A stretch of DNA of 48,539 nucleotides, taken from Spirogloea muscicola (taxonomy: Eukaryota). Every line of letters begins with the position of its first letter. Position 1 is the first letter of the stretch. The translations under genes were made by a program, and so were the position numbers. Below the pieces are notes generated by a model that had not been told where the DNA came from, did no database searches, and saw nothing but the letters and a program-made list of their open reading frames with translations. The stretch lies in contig WELB01000004.1 of the NCBI GenBank assembly GCA_009602725.1, positions 1,013,598 to 1,062,136 on the forward strand, written 5' to 3'. Below are positions 1-12,857 of the stretch, piece by piece.

Positions 1-860
1 AGCAAGGGGGGGGGAGGCCAAGGTGGTGGTGGAGCGCCGTGCGGAAAAGGTTGTCAGAAAGCCGAAGGGACTCGTAGATCGGCAGAGCGTTTAGCCACTC
101 CGACGCGCCCGGGGAGCCGATTGAAAGGAGCCGGGTAAGGCCACGTCTATCGTCCTTGAGCAGTCCCTTCAAGTCGGAGGCGGCCTGCACGTCCGCAGCG
201 TGTGTGTAGTGAGCCTGCGCTTTCCTATCGGAACAGCGTGCCCATGCCGCAAAATCTGCATGACCCTCGGCAAGTGTTGGTAGGGAGCACGAGAGGTCAT
301 GCAGTGCTGCGGTTAGGGAAAGCTGGAAGGGCCTGGTCCCTGTTGCAACACCCGCTATAGCGGGTGCTAAAACAGCCTGGCCCCTCAGGATGAAGCGACT
401 GGAGATGGTGGAGGCCACTTGGGCCCAGCAACCCAGGTGAGCTGCTTGGGACAGGCGAGCCAGTGGACGGCACCCAAGGCCGCCTATGCTGGTAGGAAGG
501 GTACACTGGAGGATGGCAGCCGGCGTGGCGGACAAATTGGGATGGTCCACCAGGCCGTGAAGAGCCTGTTGGAGTCTGGAGTCCACGGTAGAGTAGATGG
601 CGTTTAGTGCCGTGGTGGGGGGTACAGTCCGCAACAGGTAAGTGGGACGCTGGGCCACACACCGGGTGAGGATGGCCACCGCAAGCTGCGCATCCTGTAA
701 GGAGGGGAGGGCCGGGAGGGTCTGGAGATGGTTCTCAAGGGTGGACTCCACAACTTGCTCCACATGCGCAGCAGCCCCCAACGGGACTCCAAGCACCACC
801 ATGCCAAGTGGTGGGGTCTGGCACCCAGCCGGCAGCTTGATGGAGGGAAGGGGACGAACA
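1..860 (-). mobile_element. CRE-like non-LTR retrotransposon, 5'-truncated copy with open frame running off the left edge (end of RT, thumb, linker)
   Basis: Manual minus-strand translation from ATG at 802 down to base 2 has no stop: MVVLGVPLG..LTRCVAQRPTYLLRTVPP..LPTSIGGLGCRPLARLSQAAHLGCW..LTRLLSIGSPGASEWLNALP..FRTALHHHLGLPP. It aligns motif by motif with the 15621-16994 ORF but is clearly diverged. It is absent from the ORF track because no stop lies in the window. Confidence 0.85.
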
Positions 861-954
861 CCGCCGGCTGGAAGGCCGCGGTGCGACCCTGAACCCCGTT
901 TCCGCTGCCTTCCCTTCGCCGTCCCATTGGCCGCCCGTCTCCACTGTTCCCCGT

Positions 955-1912
955 CATTCCATGCGCCCCGCGCGCCTTCTCCCCGTCTGAACAACCCTCG
1001 TTTGTGCAGCACGCCGGGAACCCGCCCGACCGAACCCCCACCCCCGCAGCGCCCTTCCCCGCTGTTTTACCATTGCATCCTCAGGCCCCTTTGTAGCTGC
1101 TCACCGCTCTTAGGCCCCTCTGAACCTTTGTGAATTCTTTTTGGGCTGGCTTTTCGCAGCCCTTGCCCCCATTGGGAGTGCCACTTCTTCCCCGCTGGAG
1201 CTGCCGTTCGACCAAAGCGGCTCGACGGTGGCAGCCCGAGTTGGCCGGCCAAGCTGGAAGAGAAGCAAGCTTTTGCTTTCCAGAAGAAGAAAGTGCTCGC
1301 CCATTGAGAATAGGGGCTGGAACAACCAGCCCGAAAAAGAATGAACAGAGTACGAGAAGGGGGCCAGGGGAAGCGCTAAGTAACAGAAACAAAGCTGCTA
1401 CGAGACACTCAGTAACCCCCTTCCAGAAGGTGTGCGACGGCTGTGGAAAGAGAAGAGCTCGCCCATAGAGAAGAGGGGCTGGCAAAGCCAACCCATAAAA
1501 ATTGGACAATGTCTAAAGCCAAAGAAAAAAGTGCCGGAAAAGGACTACACTGCAAAGCACGAGACGGTGCGGAGGGAAAGCGGCGACCGGGGCTTCCCCC
1601 ACAACGGCGGTAGATCCCGCCGGTGCGCAGCCGTGCTGGCGGCGGCCAGTGGCTTAGTGACGGGGCCTGACGGCGGCCCCCACTGCGGCTCCCCGTCTCC
1701 AACCGCCGCGTCGGAGTGCCAGATCAGCGCAGCCCCTGCCGGACCTACCCCGTGCATTGGCTTCTATGGTTACTGAGTGATCCGTAGCTGCTTTGTTTCC
1801 TTGTGTGCTTGTTTTTCTTAGCGCTTCCCCTGGCCCCCTTCTCGTCCTTTGTTGATTCTTCATCGGGCTGGCTTTTCCAGCCCCTATTCTCAATGGGCGA
1901 GCACTTTCTCTT
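955..1912. repeat. Cluster of retroelement 3'-UTR fragments in both orientations (about 955-985 +, 1083-1192 +, 1290-1420 -, 1450-1565 -, 1765-1912 +)
   Basis: 1290-1420 and 1765-1912 are inverted homologues, both starting GGTTACTGAG (GY-stop). 1450-1565 matches the 3' UTR at 47060-47260. 1083-1192 matches 17650-17775. The four longer pieces carry GGGCTG..CAGCCC-type hairpins and all end in CT-rich termini. Confidence 0.75.
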
Positions 1913-1983
1913 TAATTGGCCACCCTTGTGCACCGCGCGCGACTGATCAGCGACCGCCGTGCCGTGCGGCGCACTCGAGCGCC

Positions 1984-3015
1984 ATGGAGGCCTATCTGCG
2001 GCACCTCCGCGCCCTCCGCGCTCAGATGAACGGCGCGCCCCGCATCTCTCTTGTCCGGAGCCTCGCCGCCTCGGCCTGTACCTAGCTCTTCGCCTCCTGC
2101 CATTGCTTGCTCCTCGCCGTCCGCCCCCCTACCAGCTCACTCACGAGGAAGGGACGCATTGTTGGGTCCTCTTTGAGCATTTGCAGAACACGAAGACAAG
2201 GCTGCTGCCATCAATGCTGAGAGACACGAGCAGCAGACTGCTATCAGCACACTGGAGAAGGACATTGCACAAGGTGCTGTGATAGCCAAGACCAATGTCG
2301 CATTGCAAATCTACCAGCTTTCTGATCAACGTTACTTCAATCTCTAATGTTGTGCTTTACCAAAATTGCAGCCACAAGCAACTAACTTTACCTAAGAGTG
2401 TCTCAATACTTGAGGCTGATCTGCTGTCAAATCGGCATGCATGTCACCCGAAGTTGCAACAAACTCGAAGGTATGGGACGACCGTATGAACACCGTGACG
2501 CAGGAGATCAGGCAGCTGCAGAGTGAAGTGATAGCGTGCCACAAGGGCATCTCCACGTGTGAAGTAGACAGCGAGTCACTTGCGCAGGTGCTGCCACAAG
2601 TCCAGTTTACCGTGGTAGTTGAAACTAGCATCAGAAAGATAGTCACAAGGATGGGCCTAACATGGATCAAATCGATCATATCGTGCAGGCTCTCGACCTG
2701 TTGACCAAAGATACTGTTGAGCAGCAAGGCAGCATAGCTGACAAGAGGTACCAACAAGTGTTTGTCAGAGTCTTGTGATGCTGTATGCAGAAGCAGAGCA
2801 GAGAGTCACCACCAAACACGGATCAGTAGTCTGATATTATACCAACAGATCGCAGTGATCAAGCTTGCACTTGTTCCACACGCCTTTCCCTGACGGTGAT
2901 ACAAGAATTACTCTACAGGCTTTTCTACAAGCAAGTTGAGGAAGAAATGCGAGAGCAGCTCAATAAGTACAAGACTCACACCCATCCCAGCACAGAAGAG
3001 CAGATGGTTGCCTAA
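1984..3015 (+). CDS. Plant-type uncharacterised coiled-coil protein (~141 aa; resembles the family starting MEEYLQYMKTLRSQM, Arabidopsis At1g33500-like from memory)
   Basis: Exons 1984-2032, 2187-2273, 2454-2587, 2689-2747 and 2919-3015 splice in frame: MEAYLRHLRALRAQMN-EHEDKAAAINAERHEQQTAISTLEKDIAQ-VATNSK..ISTCEVDSESLAQ-ALDLLTKD..R-LFYKQVEEEMREQL..MVA*. Intron 1 uses a GC donor. Confidence 0.7.
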
Positions 3016-3154
3016 CAATGTCCCTGATTCTTGTATGCTGGAACTCTCAAGCAGTTCACAGGAGGTAATGACCAAGTATTGCTGCCAACTCTTTGATGGC
3101 CTGAGAACTATGACCTACATGGCTCATCAACGATTTCTCATTGAGAAATGATGT

Positions 3155-6100
3155 TCAAGGGGGTTCCCAGAGCCTCAAGATTCCATTGCGTCCTCCACTG
3201 CAGAGCCTGCCTCTGTCTACATCCACAGCCACATGTCGGACCTGCCACAATAATCTCCAGCACAGATCTTCAATATAAGTGAAGGAATTTTCCATGTGTC
3301 CTGCATCTACCACGACTATACAACTCCTTGTAGTGGAGCATAGCAACAATTTCATACATGCAGACATCAGATTGTATTAGATACTTCGATCGAATACGTG
3401 CATATTGACGAACGGGCTGACTTTGACCTTCAATTCAAGTCTGACGCAGCAACAAAAATCACGCATCTTCTTTGAAGTAGCTTGTGTAATTGCTTGAATA
3501 GCCATGAACGTCTGAGTACAAGGGTTGACTATTACCATACAGCAAAAAAACAATCTCATACGGAAGTTACGCATTAATTTGGCACTTACAACAGCGGCGG
3601 AGCGGTTGAGGGTGCGGTGCAGCTGCCAGTCGCGCATGCTCCTGCGGCGGTGGCCCCAGCCCTGGTTCCACATGGAGGCTGCATCAACCCCTGGGCCAGC
3701 ACCCTCTGGCTGGCGGTGGAGTGACATGGAGTTGTCCTGGGCCCCAATGCCCAGCCACCTGTCTCCTGACCGGACAGCGACGATGGGGCCCCCATGCAGA
3801 CCAATGGTTGTCACACTCTGCAGCAAGCCTGAGAACACGGCGCACGCATCACCTTGTCAGAGCACAGTGAGTTGCCCAGAAATAATGACAGGCCACTGCT
3901 GACAATGCTTGACTCAACAGTGTCCATAACTCCAGCCGGTGGCAGGTCCTAGCAGCGGTCAACCACGCAGATGGTCAGGCCAGCGGACGAGCAGCAGGCA
4001 GAGCGACAGGGTGCCTTCAGGACTACCTTCAACACGCTCCCACAGGCGAACAGTGCAGTCGGCGGAGCCCGTGACCACGCCCTGGCTGGAGATGCAGTAG
4101 TCCACACAGGTGATGGGGCCCCCGTGGCACGTCAGGACCGCCTCACACTGTCCACCGCTGAGCTCCCACACCCGTGCCGTCCAGTCGTCTGACCCCGTGA
4201 CAATTGTGTCCCCATGCATCCGGATGGCTCTACACAGGCAATTGCTTCAACTTAATAAGCAATCCCACAGACAGAATCCATGGAAAGCCAAAGCCCCCTG
4301 TGTGCAGTGGGGCTTGGCAAGGCCATTGGCTCGGTTCAATTGAATGCCAACATTCTGAAATGAATCTTGTCATAAGAGATTACAACCCATGCCACAGAAT
4401 AGCAGCCTCTGACAGTCCTCCCAGCTAATTATGCATCAAGTCAGAGGACACATCTGAGCTCTTTGACAACCTGACTTGCATCTTAGCCTACGTGACTTAA
4501 GTGGGAGCACCTGATCCAATTTGTGTGCCCAACGAGCTTGTACCGCTGCTTGCCTTCTCGGATGTCCCACAGGTTTAGTGTCCTGCACAACGCACATGGC
4601 ATCCCAGATGATGACAAAGTTGGATTCATTGCCCTGAAGCTACCCTCCCTCACCTCTGCAACAGAACACCTGACAGAATCTAAGAGACCTGCTGCATTCC
4701 TGCTCCAGCTGCTCCAAAGCACATGTCAATAACAAGCAGCTGTCTGAGCAGGCTTGTAGGCTAAACCAATTGTAGGCTGACACAATTGCCAGAGACATGG
4801 GTGAAGGCAAGATGCGCTTTGATACCCGTCTGTTCCCCCAAAGGCCAGCATGCCGGCATGGTCCACATAGTCAAAGCACAGGACGGGGCACGCGGCCCTG
4901 GCCACCGTGGCCACACACTGGTCAGACCGCACATCCCACATCTTCACCATCCCATCCCAACCCGCTGTCAGCACGCGCTGCCCCGGGAGCAGCCGCACGC
5001 AGCCCACCTGCGCGCGGCAGAGCTCGGGGGCCTCTGAGTCGATGGCCTTCTCCTGTATATTAGCCACTATTTTCTGCCATCTGACATTCCCAGCTCCGTC
5101 TCACATCTATATCCCGAGAAGCTGGCTGGTCAATGCTTCAGGCTTGTCACTGGCATTGTCCTCACCGAGCCTTCGTGGCCACGGAGCTCGACTGCAAGCT
5201 GTGCCGTGATTTTGTCCCATACAAGCACCCTGTGGTCGTCAGAGCCGGTAACAATGCGGCCCCTGTCACTTGAGATGCACCGCACGGCTGCTTGGTGGCC
5301 CTCCAGCGTTGCACGGAGTTCGGACCCCCGAGAATCGGGATGCCACAGCTTCACCTGAAAACAGCAGCGGACTATTTGGTGCTTCAAAGTAAATCCAGCT
5401 CAAATGTAAACGTCCTTAGCACCCTATGAGTCGTTTCAAGCTGCTGCTCTGCCTATCAAAGGGCACGCATAGCGCAGAGAAGCTTGCAGAAGATAGCCCC
5501 TGCATGAGGGGACGTGCATACAGAGAGAGGCTCACCGTGGCATCTGCCGAGCCGCTCACAAGATAGCCCACGTCGTCAGTCTGGCTGACCAAATCTCCAA
5601 GCTCAGCTCTGGTGCCAGCATGCAGGGCAGTCACGGCATCCTTGTGGCCCCGCAGAAGCCGCACCCCGCTTGGGCCCCTCCTCACACCGCCGGGTCCACT
5701 TCTGACATCAACCTTCGGGCTTGGTGCCCCCCCTGCTGGACCGGCGGGGGAGCCCTTTGTCTTGTCTTGGAGGTCTAGCAATGATCCACAGAAGGAAAGA
5801 CTGTCAGAACTTTGAAAAGGTACAGCCTGTTAAGGCATTTGATAGACGGGCCACACAACAGCACGTAAGAAAACAGGATGTCAGATTCTTGACCGTAAGC
5901 TTTGCGTTAGTGATGTGAAGCAGTGCTTACAGAGGATGGAGGAGGGTGTGACCTCAACAGCTCACCATAGTTGCTGTCAAGGAGCACCGGCTTCCGCCGC
6001 TCGTCACTCGGCGAGCCCCCATTCGCTTGCCCCTCCCGCTCCTTCATCTTGCTGAACAGGCTCCACCCCTTGCGGCCGTCGCTGCCGACACCGTCGTCCA

Positions 6101-9100
6101 GGCTTCCGTGCATCCTGACGACACCCCCGAGCGAGTCCTGGCCCTCAAGTAGTCGGGGGGACATGCCAGGCACCGCTGCCGAGGGATGGCCCCAATAAGC
6201 ATGTGACACTTGCCGGACCCTTGCGAGCACTCCCCGCAGCTTCAGCTGCAGCATTGGCAAGCAGGTGTCCGAGTCAGTGCGGCCTGCTCTGGATCAGTTG
6301 ACGAGCTTGTGTCATGCTGAAAGGTTTTAGGCTCAGAGCTTGAGGGTTAAGGGTTTGCGATTCAGAGAAACGTAGACTTAGTAGCATTACCATGTGCGTA
6401 TAACCGAGGCCGTTCTTTAGGGCCAATGACTCAAGGATGGCCCAGGCCTCCTGCTCCAGCAGGCCCAGCTCAGCCTGTCACACATCCTCTCAGTAGCATA
6501 TATTTGAAACAAAATTTTCACCAGTAGAGAGATGTTAGATGCTTGGCAGAGCGGTCAAGGAGCAGTAACAACTTCTGAAGTCAGCTCTTACCATGTGGCA
6601 GGCGACAAGCATGAGCTGCTCAAGAACCATGACTGCATGATTGCCCTCTCTGCACAACAATAAAAGCTTTTGAATAATGAGAGTCTGACAGATAACCAAC
6701 TTGTGTCCAACAAGCGACTTCTCTCCACTGTAAGCTTAGAGCAGCTGGCAGATGAGATTAACATTTGATTCCTGCTTCTCCAAAGCTTCTTTTCGAGTTG
6801 CCCTCCTCCCTAGCCTATCAACATCTTTGAGGACGAGAGGCTGCAGACGTACTGCATGACCACATGCTCCAGCAGCAGGTCGAAATACTCAGACCAGTAT
6901 CTGCAAAATGCAAATTAAGATGAGTTGCATGCACAGATCTTGGGCTGACATGATAATACATTTCAGTCTTGGCTGCCATCCAGCGCATTTACAGGGTTGC
7001 CCAGGGCCTCATCCTGTGCTACCAACCACGTATGATAAGGTTGCTGCATTGATAACAGATTACTTACGGTGAATCTGGGCAGCAAGAGATTGACCGCAGG
7101 CATTGAAAGAGCAGTCAGCCTGCTCACTCAGGGTCATCCCAAGTCGGCAGCGAGCAGAGGTGGCGTGCCATGTAGTCCTTGACATTGCCAAGATCTCTCC
7201 TAAAAATCCTGGACGAGATCTCCATCACGGCCTGAGCAGTGGAGACATCCCCTCTTTCCGCGGCACTGCTAAGCGTCAAAATGAGCTGGTAGAGGCAAGA
7301 TGCACACTTCGTCAATGTCAAGTCAGCCTTCAGCTACTCTGGAGGCTAGCAATTCGAAAGCTTTTGGAGGGCGCATGTAACATTTAACAGGAGTAGATGG
7401 ATGCTATCTTTTCAGGCAGAAACTGAAGAGGGACAACACAGGCGACTGCAATACCAGCTCCTTCACAGCTGCGAAGTGCTCAGTTGAGAGCTGGCAGTCC
7501 CAACCCTGGCCACCAAGAAGCTGCCAGGTGAGTATGGATGCTGCTGCTGACACAGCTTGTGGGCTGCTGACAAATTTCTCAAACAAGATACTGACATCCA
7601 TACACTGTATGCTAAGCTGGTGTCACTAATTACAATCTCGCGGATGACTACCTCCTTGTGCAGCTTCTAGCAAAGCGCTGATAACACTCACATGTTTCAT
7701 GTGCTCAATAATGCACTCGACAAAACCAATCGCTGTCATGCCCTCCGCATCCGAATCAATGAGAGCTGCACCATGATCAATGCTAAGTGGAGGCTTACTG
7801 GAGATTAAGAAATATTGTGCCAAAAATGAGCACAAATTCACCACAAACCCAACTCCACAAGTTTTACGTAGGCGTACTTGAGAGAGACTGGTGAACATGG
7901 AAGTGTGTGAAGGATCTGAACACCTGAGATTGTCCCATACTGTGGTGAAGAAGTAGGATCCTCCTCAGCTGGATCCAGCTCCAGCAGTCTCCGCCACAAT
8001 CCCTGACCAGTATTGGGAGCAAGGAGCAAGGGTCTCAAACAACTAACACTGGTGAAGTGTCACAGGCTAACTTGTCAAGCTGGCTGTGCACAAAGACTTG
8101 AATCTGTACATATCTTGCCAATCAGCATAATTGCCAAGCCTGCAATGGTATCAGCAAGGGGAATTGACGTGCTGGACCCCTCACACAAGCCTGCACAGAG
8201 GCTAGCACTGGGAAGCAGTTATACCTGAAGCTTAACTTTGATATCAAGCACCATCTGATTTGTTTCAGCATGCTGCACAGGATAAAGCAGACATAGAATT
8301 AAAGGCCTCATCATGGCAAGAAAGCCGTACTGCTCAAGTTGATTTACAACAATGGTGATCAGCTAACAAGGTACACCTCCTTAGCAAGGTGTTCACATAG
8401 ACGGCAGCATGAATTTGGGTTCCTTCTCGTAGGATCCCCATTGCCTGTCCTTGACCATGAAGTGGGCTTTGACAATATCATTGCAAATCCTCGTGCATGA
8501 TCATCCACAGAAGCCACATACCCTCGGCACAGACAGCAACTCTCAAGTGACCGATAACAAGTCTAGAAAGAGATGAACGTACGCCGCGCTGGACGTCAAT
8601 CTTGCGAGGTTCCTTGGGGATGGCCTTCACTTCATCGTCCACAGGTGGCCTGGAACGTCAACAAAGGCAGCACAGTGATTAGAGCTCTCACAGCCGGAAG
8701 GCTCGCTGAGAATAGCCTTGACCTCATTTCTGATCTATGATGCATATTGGTTAGTCACGCAAACATATGTAACGGAATGAGAAATTGCATGATTGTCAAA
8801 TGCAAAGAAGGTAGAAGGTTAGTAGACGCACTGGTGAGGGGGCATGTCAGCGGGACGCTCTCTATCCTCAATTGCTCTGGCCAGCATATCCTTGCGCGCC
8901 TGCTCCTGCTCAGCAGACCTTTCCAGGGCCGGGAATGCAGTGTAGGTGTATCTCATGCCGCGCTTGCCTGCATGTGAGTCTCTTTCAGATAACCTTGACC
9001 TCAGTGATTAGGGCCACCGGAGGCTTCAGAAGAGCCATAAGGTACTGTCAGTTCTAGTGTCCTTGATCATACTCATTCCCATGCACAGTGCCTGCCATTA

Positions 9101-12100
9101 TCTGTTTGGCCTCTGGAAAAGGGTCAACTAGCTTTGTGTAACACGACTTGACATGCGCAAATAGTATAACGATCTTGGACAGCAAGATACCTGCCATTTG
9201 TTCCGTTGTTGAGGGCAAAGGCTCAAGGACAGCCAGGATGTCAGATCCACCAGCAGGTGGCTGCGCAAGGTAGGAGTAGTCCTTCTCCTGCTGCTGCGCG
9301 TCAATGACAGCATCCACCAGGTTCGCACCCTCCTTCGCTGACCCCAAACCACTCTCGAGGAAGTGTATGAATCCTTGACTGCGTATGAATTGTGCGACCT
9401 GTTTGTGCATGAGCCAAGATGCTGGTTACATTTAGCGAAGGTCAACTACCTGAGCTTGATGGACAAAGCCTGCTTCAATTTTGTGTCTATTTCTGCACTA
9501 GAGCCGGACTTTATGATCAGTAGACAGTTACAAGCTGGTGCTCACCAAGGGATCGACTGGTTGATTGGTCATCCTGGAGCGCTTTCTCACAAAGGCATCA
9601 GCGTTGAAAATATTCGCCCCGCTTTGAGTCGGATCCTGTGAGCCAAACATGGTGAAGAGCGTCTCAAGCTGGTCAAGGCAAGAGACAACCAGGGTCATGT
9701 CTCTAGAGGACTGCCCTGTGAAGCAACTTGTGTAGGGTGCAGGAAAGTGAACACCTGTCAGGTCAAATTATTGATATAGTAGCTTAAATTTAATACATGC
9801 ATAAATCTTCTCATCAAGTCCCATACTCCATTGACATGATGCGCAGAAAGGTCTGCATGGTTACTAGCACCTATTGCGAGAGAGGGACTATATCAGAATG
9901 GTTCTTATCAGAAGCAAAATGAGATAGAAGCTCACCACAAAGTCGCGATATCCATTCATAAGAGAGGCAAAGAGTTCCAGAAAAATGAGCCTGGTTCCAG
10001 CAAGCAGGGGCTTTAGAGAAATCATGTGACCAATCTATATAATACCTCCTACTGCTAATCCCTGGACCACAGCTCATTAAACACAGATGCAATATGAATT
10101 TCTCACAAGGAAGTGCATTCGACTTACACGTCAGCATTCAGCTTGCAACAAGGATGGGTCTAACTGCACCTGAGCTTGTTGTCATGCTGTTTGCCCCAGG
10201 GTTTGGCCAGCTGAATAGCTTCGCGGTCGTATCGAGGCTTGACCAACTTCTTTGATCGGTCAAGGGTGACCAGCGTCGGGTGGACGAGGGTATGCACAGC
10301 AGATCGCAGGTTGCTCAGCTCCGGCTCCGGCAATGGAGGTGTGTCATCAGCTATATACATGTGGTTGAAGTCAAGGTCCACTACAGTGACCTGATACATA
10401 GGAACGAGACTTAGCAAAGTAGCACAGTAATCATGTCATGCATCTCTGAGTATAAGCTGGATGACCAACCATGTGATAGTACATTACTGATGACCTTACA
10501 ATTGAACATATTCTGCCCATCCCTTTGCAAGTTCTTAGCACCTCGTGAACCCCATCTTGAAAGTGGACTCACCCCTTCAAGGCTAAGATTGGAGATGTCC
10601 AGACTGGAGTGAAGACCAAAGAAGTACAGCGTGGGGGCGTCAATAAAATCCACGCCTACATAAGGTAAGACAGGGATGTACACACCCTGCAGCCATTGTG
10701 AGAATGGATTTGTACTGCATCATCAATGATGGAAACTCCACAAGATCCAACACTGGTTGCTTGTGAGCAGCTGGTTTGCAGGTTCCTTCTAGATTATTTC
10801 AAGAGCAGCTGGTCCCAAGAGCAGCTGGTCATGCCCTGACTTTGAGTACACAGACATTCGAGAAAGCTCAGAAAGCACCAGCCGCTTAAGCACCGCGTAT
10901 GCAGCTTGTTACCTGCCACTTTATTGGATAAAGTAGATGCAGTATTGCCTCAGCAACTAGAGTCAACAATGTGTACCTAAGACAAGCCCCATATATTTTG
11001 GCATTAACAGTGGTTTTAGCAGTGGCATTAGTTGGGACGGTGCTAAGAACCTTGTATATTCCATATTGGACCCTATTTTCTTGGGGGAGAGGCTTAGGTG
11101 TTGTCAAGATGTTGAGCATCTTCATTAAATAAAGGCATGTCGACAACATTCGGCTGCAAAGTACTGATTGCAAGGGCTGAACTCTCACTTTGAGGCCCGA
11201 AGAAGTGTCCGCTTCTCCAAAAGTAGCACAGTGAAGAGTCGAATGACGTTATTCACGTCCAGGCATTGTATCAGAGGCTGAAAGGATATCTGCAGCCATG
11301 AACGAAAATCCTGTCAAAAGACTAGCCTATAGCCAATGTGCTTCTCATCCAAGAGCAGCTGCCTCAAGGCAGGCAACAGCCTTCACTTGGCCAGACCCTC
11401 CTAAGCCTCAGCCTAATTACGCAGGCCTATCTTGGTGGATAGCAACTTCGAGAGAAACTTACATCAGCGTATGGCAAGCCAGCTTCCGCGGGAGACTGCA
11501 CATGTAGCAGGCAGTTGTCGATTGTGAAGAGGACTTGACTTCTGCCGGGGTGTGGCAGAGGTACACAGTCCACAAGGTGGGTGATTGTGTCCCATATTGG
11601 CTTGCTGTAGGCCACTCAAGGGCGAATATCAGTAAGCAGGAACTGTCCAAGTGGAAAAGAGCGGATCATTGAACTTCCTCACTGTCCACACAAATCACCG
11701 TCCTTGGAATACATGATCATACTTCATCACCTGCTTCCTGCAGCTGTGAAACAGAGGCGATGGATCTCCTCCAGGGTCTCACGGAACACCTGGAAGAACG
11801 GCCAGCGGGATAGTATGCAGATGCACTTGTCTGCATATATGCCTTTGGGGATGAGGTAGGCTTCCGCTATGTCCGCGTCTACAGGGTCTCGGAATGCAAC
11901 GCAGCTGACGTACAGTTTGGACCCATCGCCGTCTGGAGGAACCGCCAACAGAAGAGCTCAGGGCCCGACTGGGCAGAAGATTGATGGCCACAAAGCTTTT
12001 CAGAAAAGCAATGTGGCCAGTCACATGGTTCAGAACTTCAGCCTAAGCCTTGATTGCTGGACCCTAAGCTCCTGGATACCTTGCAGCTGCACTCATTGAG

Positions 12101-12857
12101 CATGAGTTGGGCCCAAGTGGCTGAGTGCTAGCGGTGATGACGTGACCAACCAGTCAAGACGATGGGATAGCTGCGGGCGAGCGTGAGGGAGTCACTTGCG
12201 CTCGGCCCCTGTGTGTGAAATTCCAGCCCTCCTGGCAGGACACACTGCCAAAGAGAGGCGCAGCCAAGCCAATCACTGGTGCATCTCAAGTGCATAACAG
12301 ATCTGCTGAGTGATGACCACGCTGTCAGCCTACAGGCACGTGGGCAGCGCAACACGCCACTTTCAATAATGGGCCCCCGTCAGCAGCCCACACGTAAATT
12401 GCTCAAATGCAGCAACTCGCAGTGTCACGAACCCTAAAGCAGAGCATAGCACACATAAACCTTGACCACAGTGATGCACTTTGGCGCCTGCACTTAGATT
12501 AATGAGAGTGGCGGAATTCGTCCCCTTGGCAGCCGCTTGACACCTGACCAGACACTCTAATCTCGCAGGTCTCAGGATGCATGGCTACTTGATGTTGCCC
12601 TCGCATCTTCTGTCGGCCATGCGGCTCACTAACGACCTGCATCCACGAGTTCCACGGAGCGGAGGCCACCAGGTGGTGCGCACCCTGGCGAGCTCAGGGG
12701 GCGGGGCGGCGCCGTCGGGGCTGACGGCCGGGTACTGGTCTAGCAGCGCGGCCTGGTACGCGTTGTGGAGGCCGCGGAGCCCGCGCTCCTCCTGCAGCGT
12801 CTTCACGTCCGGCCCGAGGCCGCACACCATGAAGTAGTCGATCAAACGGCCCCCCAT
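3155..12857 (-). CDS. SCD1: SCD1-like DENN domain and WD40-repeat protein (multi-exon)
   Basis: N-terminus MGGRLIDYFMVCGLGP; exons CVLPGGLEFH..RSYPIVLT, DGDGSKLYVSCVAFRD, KPIWDTITHLVDCVPLPHPGR, YIPVLPYVGVDFIDAPT. C-terminal WD40 exons (GHKDAVTAL, GSDDWTARVW) end in RLCSGGRNGILRLWEPP* (stop 3155-3157). Matches the plant SCD1 architecture throughout. Confidence 0.93.

Noticed and set aside
1083..1912. Hairpin-containing recurring repeats as a CRISPR/REP array, or as MITE/Helitron termini
   Set aside because: Spacing is irregular, orientation is mixed, copies are divergent and the context is eukaryotic. The repeats follow retroelement stop codons elsewhere and lack CTRR ends or paired TIRs with TSDs.
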